A stretch of 64,000 nt of DNA from Balanoglossus misakiensis. Lineage: Eukaryota; Animalia; Hemichordata. Below are positions 14,301 through 27,900 of the stretch, one piece after another. The DNA lies in NCBI GenBank assembly GCA_040954595.2, contig CM082582.2, positions 6,246,303 through 6,310,302 of the forward strand. The letters run 5' to 3'. Numbering within the stretch: position 1 is the stretch's first letter; the number at the start of each line of letters is the position of its first letter. A program made the translations under genes and the position numbers. Below the pieces are notes generated by a model. It was given only the letters and a program-made list of their open reading frames with translations. It did no database searches and was not told the origin of the DNA.

Positions 14301-17300
14301 TTTCAAAAAATATTCAAAAATGTCCAGGTAGGAATAGAACGAGAAACTGTTCTGGACAGTGGATCAAAGAATAAATGCTAAAACTGCTAATCAAAAGTTA
14401 CAACTACTGCCCCTCTTAAAAGTATAATAGTTACTTTCAAAGTTCACCCGCAGACAACTGCAGTCGTTGACAGATTAATCCTCCAAAGTAATACCTCAGA
14501 AACCAAACAAAAAACCGTGCCGGTTGCATTTCTGGCAGGAGTAAAAAGTGACGCCGTTAATACTGCGTTAAAAGGGCACGGGTGTCTCATCCGCCAATGG
14601 AGGGCACGTCGCCGCCACTGAAGCTGATGTGTTTGACGTTTTCTGGGCATCAATTTTAATATCCGATCAGCCTAAGTAGAAACTGTACATGCGGGAAAAA
14701 ACCCGTGTGGCTGCTGTTATATTAATGCAAGGGAAGAGATGTCGTCTGGCTGGCCGGAAGACGCTTAGGCCTTCTTGCGCGAAGAGTCGTTTCATCGGGG
14801 TGTAATTTTCGAAAATGTATAAGATTTCTGGCGCCACTTTGCTGTCGAATATCATATGTCGTGATATCACAAAGGTAGGTTATGGGCTCGAAATGCGTTT
14901 CAGAAAGCAAATGTGCTGAGAAAAACGCCATATAACACTACCGTATGGTGGATTTTTGATATTGTCACAGTGAAATGAAATGAAATGCAATGAATTCGAC
15001 GCCAGTTCTTTTTGACGCACAGCCAAACACTGTGACACCAAATATGTTCGTCAGTGACGTTGTAGAGTTTCAGAATAGCATTCTCTTCGAAAAATAAAAC
15101 TCCCTCGGCTCATTCTGCGGAACAACCAAGAACTCTCCCTCAGGCCTCCTTTAACAGTTCAGCACACACTTGTCTCATATACCAGGAAAGATTTTAATCG
15201 AAATCTTCGAATGACCCTTGTTTACAAGTCTCTTCTCAGCCATTAAAAGTAAATTGATCTATCTGACTTGAACATCGTTCCACCCAAACTCTCCTCTGCT
15301 ACACGTTTCATTCACTTGGTGGAATGAACCAGATATAAACGTTGCAGAATATTTCTTCGGCGGAAATGGTAAGAAATGTTTATCAAGTAGGTTTATCCAA
15401 ACAAACCTGGAATCGAAGTTCTGTCATGTCATGTTATGGCATGTCATGTGACGTGATGTGATGTGACGTGATGAGACCACTCCAAGTACCTTCCGTATAG
15501 TGGCGTGTTACAGTGGACAAGAACATTCCTACTTCTTGTATGGAGAGAACTCGTTCAGGGAATTATGTTTGAACTAGATTCCTTTGTGAACCATTAGAGA
15601 AGGTACAAATTTGATCGGAATTTCCTAATGCATATTTCAGGGCGCAATTAGAATTGCCTTGGGTACGTGGTGTATCCTCTGCTTCTTCACTTGATTGGGC
15701 GGAAAAGCGCAATTGAACGAAAGCCTCACATGCATGTAAGTTGTAGTTATAAAAACATTCTGAGTATTAAGGGGGGGGTAATGATAGAACATGATACACT
15801 CAAAGTATCCTTTGGGCTATGATCTTTTGATCATGGCCACCGTCGTCTTCTAAACTGGCCAAATCGAGCATTTTGTCTATCGAGTCTAAATACAAATCGG
15901 AAATTTTTATTCAAATTTACATAGTGATGTCAAGGAAAAACTACAGCTATAGTCCTTTTTGCTAAAATGTGCTTTGAAAGATAAGTGAATGCCAGCTAGA
16001 TTATATATTTTGATTGATTAAGAATAAGACAAAAATATCTAGCCATATTCTCAATCGTTATGACATTTACCACTACCACTGTTATGTACATGTACGCAAA
16101 AATGAAGTCAACCATTTAACCCAGCATACATTAGCTCCTCTGATCCCCAGTCACAGGACAAAACACCTCGATCGCATCAGGTTAAACATTTGCGACAAGT
16201 TGTTTTGACAACCCGATGGATAGTGTCATTGACTTCGGTTTCAGAAGAATGGGACGAATGTTAATTGTTCTTGCGATTCAATACGCGTTGTGTGCATTGG
16301 AAATTAAAGGCAATGATGGATTGAGATGTACTTACGGTCATCGTGATAGTAATTCTTCGTCACCCAGAAATAGAACGAGCATTTATGTCTGGTGTCATAC
16401 CAGATGTATTTTACCACCTATAACCTTTTTCTCCCATGTCAGTTCACGGTCGCCTATTAACATTGGCAACGAATGGTGCAAATCGGTGAAGGATCTTTAT
16501 AAAAGTAAAGTTTGGGTATACCAGCATATAGTATACGCAACGTTTTAATATACATTACAAGTGAATATGAAGGAATATAAAATTTATATTTCATTCTGCG
16601 GTTCAGTCAAAGAGAATGGGAATAGTTTTCATACTTTGTTATCATACATGATGCTTTGGAATGTGATGTCGTATTGTGCATGAATATTAAATTTACGTGT
16701 AAAAATACTATTAAGTGATTTTTTTTCGTTTGATCTCTCCACAATCCACATGTATGAGACGCATCCTTACCTTATCCTTATCACGTATACGTTTTATTAT
16801 ATTGTACATTTCCCGCCCAGTATTATACAGCCCGTCCCTTGCCTGATTTTCATGCTTTGAATCTCTCGCAGACGAGAGGCATTTCGCTTCTCATCATACA
16901 GCAATCTCTGTGTTCCCGTGGGAGTAATATACTTCTCTTTCTTTCTATCCACCGAATAAATTTCCATCAGTGCATGATGGTTGTTTAATCGGCATTCATA
17001 AATCCAATTTGTCTCTCGATCGATGTAGCGATGATGTATGTGACAATAATACAGATAAAGGTGCGTCAGCTTCTGAAATCGGGGACAATCGTTAAAGGTA
17101 TACGATCACCCTAATTTAAACATGCCCATATATGGACAAACGGGCGTCTCTCATTCTTTGGATGACCGTTTGAGTATAGAGCTCATTTGTTCCGCGTGGC
17201 CTCCCCGCGAAAATCTGCGATTGGCTAGATCTCAACTTCCCATGGTAACTGTAGCTAGATTTGCATAGCTGACCGTGTTCTTTTAAAGTTTTCAGTTGTT

Positions 17301-20300
17301 ATATTTTCACCTGAACTATAACCTCTCGTTTTGTTATTCTAAACACTTGCGTAATCGGCGCAAGGAGTCACGTGCGCAGGTGTACATACATACATGCATG
17401 CAGGCGGGAACAGATCACTGATAAGATGAATTTACAGGTTACTGTGTACACGCTGTTTGGCTAAGTGCCAGGTGAAATACTTACAGTAATCTGATATCGT
17501 TTTCAATATTTATACAACTTTTCATACGGGAAATTGCAGTCAGCTTAACAGTTCAATGTGTGTTACTTTTCTAATGGGGTTTTCATTACACTTAAGATGT
17601 GTGGATAAATCATGCATATGTTGTTGTGTCTCCTCTTTCAGTCTTTGAATCTAAGGCTTTGTAATACATGTATCACTTTCTTCGGCTTTTTTTTAAATCT
17701 CCATCTGCTTTATTGAATCTAACAAACAAGACGTCGACGACGACAAGGATGATGATGACGCTGACGATGATGAAGGTGGTGGTGGCGGCTGCACTGACAC
17801 CTTGGCGACAAGGTTTCCATGACCCTAACATTAGAGAGATGGTATCTTCACTTTTGCTGGCACATAATGCACTTTCACATTTTTTCGCTGGTAGTGTTTG
17901 GTGCTTTAGGTTCAAGGTTTCCTCTTGGGATCATACATGCATATGTTGTTCTCGATCAAACTGTGTCCTCATATAATGTGGTACAGTTTCGTATTTAGGC
18001 CCACTCACCCACCCCTCCCCCACCCAACCCCAAAGGAAAAAAAAGATTACGGAATAAGTGTTCGTGCAATTCATGATGTATTGTATAACAGAACCTTACA
18101 TTGGACGACATGAGTGTAATGCGTGGGTAATGTGTGCTCGGGCTATTTTTTGATATTCCCAAGTTGATTATTAATGGGGGTAACACAAGCATATAACTTA
18201 CGGGAAATTCCCCAATCACCAATAAAATATTTAAATGGCAATGAAAAGGTCCAACTATTAGCGGTCAGCGCTACTGTTCATAACGAAGTCAAGGTATGAG
18301 TCCTAAGACACGTATTTTATTTTATGTATCGTATATAGCCCCTGTTTCAGTGGTTTTGCTTGACTGGTTTTCACAGCATTTTATGTTCAATTAGGAAATG
18401 TCCCATGTGGTACGGTCTTGAACTTGCAACATTAGCCAGTATTAAAAAGGTGTCTAATGAATATGCATGGTTCTATAGTCATTAAACATCGTCTTTAACA
18501 TGTTTAACATTGCCCGGTCACCCTTATCGTGTCTGAGCTTTCCCTCATTCAGATGGGGTCTAAACTGTTGGAGATACCGGCGTCATGATAGCATCAATGT
18601 TGATACAAGCCAGATGTTATCGCTTCCGGATATGAAATGTTCCAGTATTAAAAGTAGTAATTGACACGTTATTCTGCCGTGTCAAAGGCACTCAAAGGAT
18701 GGCCTTCGTTTATTAGGTGACAACCTGTAGAAGTACCACTTGAAATACTAATCCGTTGATGAACATGCCAATCTCAATTACCTGCACCACAGGGAGCTTT
18801 CCCTCCTTGTTTGTGGCGTGTGCATGTTTGTTTGTTATTATTGATCGATAAAATAAACAAAAATAAAGTTGCTAAGAGCTAGCTAGTCAAATATCGAAGG
18901 AAACACACTTTTTGTTTAGCAATAATACTCCAGTATATGGCTACTTCCATTTCTTCATTTTCTTCTAATTGATCAAAGAAAATTAAATTGATTTCTATAC
19001 GTATATTCCACGCAGGAGAATTCAGAGCAAAATGCGATGTATGCCTATATATTACACGCTGATGTCTCCCTGCTCGATTGCTTAATATTTAACAAGGACA
19101 AATTTTCAGTCTGACATGGAAATTACCAAAGCTCCTGAAGGAATCATTATTACGTAATTACCAATAATTGCCGCTGTAGTTCCCATTTATGTTTGCCTGT
19201 AGAGTTCCCCCGGGGTATTGACTTTGCAAAAAAGCCGCCGTTGAGCTGACAACAGAAACACTGCTTCAATTTTTCATGTCCACGACATGTCTTCACGGAC
19301 ATACAGAGTGTGCCGTCGGTTTGTAATGTCTCCCGATGCATGTCGAATTATCCCTGATTGGTTTTGCACTGTGTATGTACCACGCACCGTTAAGAGTGCC
19401 GTATCTCATTAGTTCAAGCACTTCGCCGACGTTCGAGTGTGTCCGGGTCTTAAACAACTGATGCAAAAAATGTCTCATTTGGAAAACACAATTACAAGGA
19501 CCTGCATGTAAATTGCTTATTGCTTCAATACGTTATACACGTTATTTTTACATGATACTGCCTTTCTACAGAAGTGATTTTGATTTGTGAATATTGACAT
19601 AAACAGCCATTTTAGTAATTTCCGTTCATTTTAACAACACATTATTTGCTAGGACACCTGTTTTTATTTCATTTGACTTTGATACATCTAACACCTGAGT
19701 CGTGTGGGTCTCAACCAATCCTTTGCCAACTCGGCTCGCGAAGGCCGGTGTTCAATGCGACAATATTATCCACCACCTGGGCAGACCACCTGCTGTTTCT
19801 GAGTCATCGTATAGGCTGTTCGATTAATTAGCGTTGCTTAACGCCTGGGACCTATTGCTTGGGCCATGCCCCCTGCTGCCTATATCTCGTGTAGGCCGTG
19901 CATTGTCATCACGTGGATCTGCACTATAACACTCCGACTCGCTAAAAGGTTTGGACGTTTAGTTAGCGGCAATTGTGGTGTCGACTGGTAGCGCGTAAAT
20001 AAATCCGTGTATATGATAAATGGTGCTGAGATTCACGCGTCGCATTGTAACGATGGATGTCAGAAAGCGTGGTTTATTGTTCATCATGTCAAATTATAAC
20101 CCATGGGCTTTTAGCAATAATGGCGTCGTGATGAATGTTGTCGTTCATACACATAATGGGATAAGTTTGCATTTCCCCATAAATCATATTGCAAGCCTCG
20201 GATGATTATCGGCAATATGCAAATTTGGAAAGGAAGATGCCCCACTCAAAGAAATAGATATACAATATATCATTCTTATATAACCTGTGATATGGAAATC

Positions 20301-21547
20301 AATATACAAAACATACCATTATATAAACACGTACCGGGATTAAACAACTGGTGATTCAGTCTCGCAAATTATTTAGAACTCCAAGCGAAGACGCGTTGTT
20401 CAAACACGGCTCGACTGAGATGTACTTAAGATGTTGCACGGACCAGGTTAATTTCAATAGATGCTAGTTACGCTCTATTTATATGCAATGACCATATTCT
20501 TATATTTTCTATGGACCAGTATTTTGCAATTGAATTCTCCAAAGACCGGGGCGAATGAGTAAATACAAAATCTAATAAATTGGTAGCGTACACTTGTTCT
20601 ATTATCAAATTTATCCATGAATTTGATTTTTCCATGGTTGGATTTTAAGACATATTTCTCGTTTCGAGGAGAATATCGTGAAAGCACTTTTAAAGAGGAT
20701 CTTGTTGAAACATAGTGTTGAAACTTTTTTCCTGCAATACGATGAAATATTCAAATAGACTGAGGGAAATTTAATTAGATGGTTCTCCCTAAGTAATTAC
20801 AAGCCTTTGACGGAAAGAAGGCTTTGCATAATTTATCGATCGCCTACCTTCCGTCTACATGTACAGCAGTTGTTTTACTGGACTTCTTGGGAACGTTTCA
20901 ATTATGTACACTGACGTGCAAAGATTGTTATCTTCGGTGTTTATTAGCGTGGCGTTATCGCTGTCCGAGTGAAATGCGTACTATTCCCTATACAATGAAT
21001 ATTAGCATTCTCATCAGTTAAACGCAGTTTTGTACAACCGTGTCAAATCGGCTTCGTCACATCCATATGCATAATGGGCGTCGCCGCGACTTTAGCAATA
21101 CACTTGGTATTCTACCGCCGATGAGAAGGCACAATGAATTATTGACACAATAATGGGTACATGACCAGTTTGTGTAATTCGACAAAGCAACTCGAAAACC
21201 ACATATTGGCAAAGTCGATGATATTCATACACTCACCCATTCTCACTCTGTGGTTTTAATCATTTCCGGGCAAGATCATTAACAAAAAGTTAATAAAACC
21301 AATTAAGTTAATAGAGCAAAATGTGAGCCTGTGTGGCCGCGACACACCCAAGCACCTTGAACGTGACCGTGACCTATATAGCATTGTTCTTGACCGACTG
21401 TGATCACTGGTTACGTGGGCAGTGAATGTGAAGGTTGACTGCTGATATCTATTGTTGTTTATTTGTGTTGCTGCTGTATTTCTTGATAAGTGACAAGCAG
21501 TCCCTGTCCCTGTATGCCTTCATTTACGAAATAACATTATAATACAC

Positions 21548-21657
<110 letters not shown>

Positions 21658-21990
21658 CACTTAATATAGACTGGTTAGTGCGGTACGCCTGCGTATTTTA
21701 CTTCCTGTATATCGTAAAAAACATTGAACGACCGTATTCACATTTGGCCATTTGCCACGATCGCATTAATTAGGCGGTCTTTATGATGGTTAAGTCTGCA
21801 GCATCGGTTACGCACACCCCTAGATTTTATTAGCTATATTCTAATAATCACATGAACTACTCTATTGCTGGGTCGTGCGCGCAGCCCCCTGTTATGAACA
21901 AAACCCAGTAACTTAAGTGGTCCCTTGAAGTCGGTTTGCTTAAAACAAGAGTTATCATCCGGTTGACTTGACGTCTTTTTCGTCTTGCAG

Positions 21991-24900
21991 ATGAAAATGG
22001 TGCACGTTAAATGTTTCGTGTTACGGTTCATGGTGGTGTTTCAGGGTAGTTGGCTTTTACGAGCATCAGGCGACATCGGGTAAGTACATTTACTATTACT
22101 GTTGATCACTACGTGCGCTTTTGCACCGTGCTGTACGTTTCGAATCATTCACCCCTCAATAGATGTTTACCTGTCCACGTTTTTACCTTTTCACCGACTG
22201 CACATTACAACAATTAAAACGACATGATCTTGACACAGTGTCTATTGTACATGTAACTGTACATTAGTGATGCATCATCGTCGCTATATAAACCCGCATC
22301 AGTGAAAGACACACAGATGTTTTCCTTTCACGCGGACGGGTTTATCAAAGCTTGGGATTATCAGCTTCAAGGATATTGGCGCATTTTTAACAAGCTGTTA
22401 TGATTCCGGTTAATAATCAGAAGCGTGCCGCGATGATAGTTGTACTGGGCCCGGTTTGTAAATTGAGAAATTAAGCAAACCGTTATAGAATTACGGTATG
22501 TCGCTACGTATGTGTTCGATGAAGTCTACGGGAGTATTTCTCTCTCGGTGTAATGTCTATGCCAGTACCCACCTACATGTACGAGAGATCAGTGAGGCTA
22601 TACATCTAGACGAGGATACCGTTGCCAATTCCCCGCCCGTACTTTACAGATTCTCGCTCTGCTAGAAATACCGTATATTTCCGACGCCCTTTATCTTCAT
22701 GAATCATGATATTGCCACTGGACCCACGGCCCACTGTTGGCTGTTTTTGTCACTATATTATTGCCAGACAGATGTCTTACCATCTGAAATGCGTATGTCG
22801 ACATGAAGATGATGAATTATTACCAAGGGAATGTCCGTTGAAACATTAAAGGCTTGACCTCGTTCCCTGGACTATTATGCTCTAAGGTAGTCTGCACCTC
22901 GAAAACCATAGTCTTAAACCCCTTTTTATATTTTGCACTTCTTTACATTGTGTTTTCTCTTAACATTGAACATGCTTAAAAATTGGGTGTCACTTTCAGC
23001 GAGAGAGCAAAATTGTCTCTATGTTTTAGCCGCCAATCTCCGTGTTAACTCTATGCAGAAATCTTAAAGTTGGGGGATTTCTTATGAATTCAAGACGGTG
23101 AACACCCTGTTTTCAAATGTCTCCTTAAAAAACTGTGATATAGAAAAGAATAGGAAGGTCTCAGACTGCAGGACTATTATTTTGCTAAAAATCTGTGTCC
23201 GCGACGAATACTACCCTAATGACAATCCCCACCCTCAAATCCGTGTCTACGCATACTGATTATTAATTATAATTATCAATTAAAATTACATGTCAATTGC
23301 TTTTAACACCATTTGCATTATATCTGAATATTTATTAGCTACCCATCTTGCGAACATATAGCTCAGTCTCAAAAATCCATTAAAGTAAAATGATTTTTCT
23401 TCGCGTAAAATGCATTTCACATTTTACCTGATGCCTATAGTGCGTGACGCCACAACCTTTGACTGTTTGTTTTATCACGAACCCTTATAATGAATCTATT
23501 TCTATAATCTTACTAAGTGGGAAATGTTTAACGGCTTCATTAAAATTTCCTTCTTATTTTCGACATTGTGGTTAAATATTAATTTTTCCATTTAATGTGA
23601 ATCCACGGGTAGCTGTTGCCTCTCACACGTTACTGAAGAAAATACGGAGTGTTCTATTGCAGTTGAGAAATGTAGTATTTCAATATAAAATGGACGTGAG
23701 GATTGCTAGCTATTTGCATGTACACATGTATATAGAAACAAAAGGCCGGCTATGCATCACACACGCAGTTGTAATTATGCTCACGTTACAATTAATAAAG
23801 TTGCTGGTCGAGTTCTGCACACGCATTTAAGGGTGTGTGTCGTACCATCTGCGGCTGCGCGTATGAGTCTCATACAACACATGCAGTTGGGGCTATAATA
23901 TAAAAAGTCAATGTAGGTGCAAAGTGTAACTGCTACGATGTACTCAATTGCAAACAACATGGTTGTCCCTTTTGGGAACCCTAATCATTATTATGTGAAG
24001 TTTAAAAAATGGAAAAGGTACTGCCACGGAGACATAACATATTACATGTTCGACACACACAGAGGGCCCACTGAGGTCCCAACACATAAGCCAGACCAAA
24101 ACCATGACAAAGCGAAGCACACGACGCATATGCTGGACGAAATATTGCAACAGTATGACATGAGAATACGACCAAACGTCAACGGTGAGTATATGTCAGT
24201 GAAATTTTATTCCAGGTGCATTATTTTTCGTGTTTTATCACTTTGTCAAGTGCAGTAACTTTTATGTGGGATGCGCGTGAAACGTAATGCCACTCTATGA
24301 CAATATAGAGCCATTTGCTGGAACAGGGTTTTTACTGTTATGCATGCATGTGTAATACCCATTACCGAACCTTTTTATGGGCAGGGTAATATATTGGAGA
24401 TGGAACGCAAGACATGAAAGAAGGCTTCCATCCGGAGATTACCTTTGGATAAGATATCAAACACAAGGAATTATATCCCATAAGGGAAATTTTCTGAATC
24501 GATTATAGATACGTAATTCTGTTATTTTTTGTAGGTCCCCCAGTCTTGATACAGTATGACATGTTTATAGTCAGTGGCTTCGACTCCATAACAACTTCCA
24601 TGGTAAGTTTTCCATTAAGCTTTGTTGACCATCGTTAATTATATGCTAATAATCAAAGTCTAACGACGTTTTGATTCACTCTAGGTTGTACATTACTAAT
24701 TAGGTCAATATGTAGCATTTAATGAACATCTGCGCCATAATATGATACTCTTAAATAATTATTCTATTTCGTTGAGTAACATTCCGTAATGTAATGAAAC
24801 GGTCATTGACATACCAGCAATTTGAACGTGCGCACATTGAGAGCATTTCAGGCAATTGGCAGAAATATTTCACCCAGAGGCTTCACGGAATCATGTTTAT

Positions 24901-27900
24901 TCATACTCCTAAAATTTGATATCTTCATCTATTTTAGCCCCCGCGGAGACATGTCTATGCGCATGCGCCTGCATCAACGATATCGCAAGAATGACATCAT
25001 AGTTTAATTAAACCTGCAAATTGGACATGTTTTACTTTGAAATGGAAAAAACTGATTAGATTTTGAAGGGCGCGGCTTGCTTTTATTAAAGTATAAGTAG
25101 TTATAATCAAAGATTTTTTTCCTGATAATTGTGGTCTATGGTGAGCGCGTTGGAAGTATTAGCATATGCATAGAATTACTATACAAAAATGTTAATACAG
25201 TTTGCTACAACCTAATGGGTCTTATGAAGAAAACGATGCCTCAATTCTCCCTGCCTTAAATAGTTTTTTGCTACCTGGGTGAGTGATGAAAATCTCATAT
25301 GGTCGACTCATAGTTTCAAGATAGTCGATTTTAATTTTGCCATGTTTAAGAAATGGACGTTCGTAAGCTAAAGTGATAATGGGTCATTCTGGAAGTTTGT
25401 GACAGAAAAATAACGAAATTTGATCAAAGTAGGTCATGAAATACAGTTAACATATAACTTCTTCAGTGTCTTACTACAGTGAGTTGTCGACCTTCTACCC
25501 AGAATGCAATTATTAAAATCTGATTTGACCCCTTAGCACGAAGTAAAAACCAACTAAACTTCCATCTATCTTATATACTGTATAAACACATTGGGTATAT
25601 GTAGGCTACCATCATGTGTCCCATTACCGTTACAAATCAAAAAATCTGTCCTTAGCAGGACTACAACATCATGGCGTTCATAAGGCAGTATTGGAACGAC
25701 CCTCGCCTGGCGTACAACGGAAGTGACGACTACAGTCTCAACGTGAACCAGCGGATGTTGGAGCTGATCTGGGTGCCGGACATGTACATCATCAACGAGA
25801 AGGCCGGCGAGCTGCACGAGCTCACAGTCGCCAACAAAGCGCTGCGTATATACCCGAATGGAAATATATTGTACAGTATGAGGTAAGCTTGCGTGGTGTA
25901 TACACATGCCATAATTAAGTGATTGGACTTTCCAGTCGCAAACCACGGAGGGATAGTCGCTGAAGTAATAATGAGTATCTTGGAGATGAGATTAACTGTC
26001 TTTACGGGCGCCTCCTTGCAAGCCGGGAAGTGTTAAGCAGATTGTGTTGCATTAAGTTAATAACCTTGTTTCCCCTTCTGACGTCTTGTCCGTCTCACAA
26101 GGCCATTACAGGAGATTATTTTTTTACCTGTATACACTGCAGTAAGTAAAATCTACCTCATTTGTAGTCTTGGCGTATTAAAGTCGTACACGACCAGAGT
26201 TACATATATATAATGCGTTGTGTTCAAATGTGAACAAATTCTGTAAATTTTGGCACATCTTTATTGAGTAATTTTATATATTTTCCACTGTTTCCTCATT
26301 GCAACTTTTAATTCCAAATCATGATACAACAATATTTTTGAAAATAGTACTACAAAACTAACATGGGCGTGGCGTATTCAAGTACGTATTCAAGTATAAG
26401 AACTAAAAACAAGTTTTCAGAATGGTGGCTTCTGAAAGTTGGGATTTATGGCAAATTAACGTGACGTGTGATTATTTGTGAGGTAAATTTGTAAATCGTT
26501 CCGGATTTCAAATAGCACTTTTTTTCTCTTTACGTATTTTAGTCAATGCCTCTCCAATGCTAATCGAAAATGTCCTACGCCCATGCCCATTCATAGTGAC
26601 AGTTTAGGCAGTTTTAGCCTTGTATAGATCTATGGCGTATTCGCTCGTCTAAAGACAATTCAAGGATTTGCTAATTTGCTCTCTCCACATCAAGTAAATC
26701 CTACGTTAATCTCATGATCATTCATACTTTGTCGTGCCTAAAAGTGAATAATCTAGCGGTTGACTTTAGGAATGTTAAAAGGCCAGTCTTATAGGTTACA
26801 ATTTGTAGAATGGGACTGTGTTGTTACAGGTATTATTGTTACATTTAACACGTTTTTATTCTTGTGTTTAAAAATAGATTGAGTCTCACTTTGGCGTGCA
26901 ACATGAACTTACGGAAATACCCAATGGACAGTCAGATGTGCCATTTGGAAATGGAAAGTTGTAAGCATATCCACATTTTTCGTGTGAGACTGACATACAA
27001 ATGTACATGATGGATGCGTGGATGGATGGATGCATGCATGCATGTCAATTGTCAATAACATGTAGTAGAAGTATATATAACCTAGGTTAGTGATGGAAAT
27101 CTCATGTGTTGGACGCGACGTAAACAACTGTTCAACACCAGTCTTATCATCACCGAGTATATACCTATCATGTTTGGTTTCTTCCAAAGATAACCGTCAT
27201 CAACAGCCCATGCTATCCAGAATATCATCAGGCGTGTTTCAGATTACATAGATTTGAGAATCGGCGAGACATTATCAGACGATGCAATCAGTGATGATTT
27301 ATGATAATATAATACTATGGAGCTTTCGTATCATATGATGTAAACAGAACTGGACCGAGTACAGATCCCGGCGGAACGTCATATTTCATGAAGCGCCAAC
27401 GAGGAGACGCTACAGATATGACGAAACCAGACTAATATGAGACAACCGTGAACAAGAATTTAAGTCTGCGTTAAATAGTTTCGTGATCAATCGCGTCATA
27501 AGCCCCAAACTTATTCCTGGTTGGGATTGTCAGTCCAATGTTTCCACTCTTATCTGAAATTTGTCAAGAAACGGTTCCACAAAATGAACAGCCTTGGGGA
27601 TAACTAGGTGGATCAATATTTGTGAAGTATGATCGATGTTCATGGCCGTTCCATCGGGCACATAATCGTTAACAAGCAGCATATGGGTTTGAGTAATAGG
27701 CGATTTGGCATGATTTAGGGCTTCGCTATTGCAGCCAAGGGGTGCCTGGTTCACATTAGATAGTCTCCAACAGATGATTTTCCGCTCAGTGCGAGATCTC
27801 GCGAGAATTGGTGAATCATCTTCATCCAATCTTCAATCGCAATCAATCATATATTTCTGGGATCAAGATAGTCCTGTCCAGTGACGTTCGGAAACAAAAA

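Noticed and set aside
17668-17976. ORFs around a GAC/GAT/GGT-rich stretch (DDDKDDDDADDDEGGGG)
   Set aside because: Degenerate trinucleotide repeat with no splice-consistent link to any gene.
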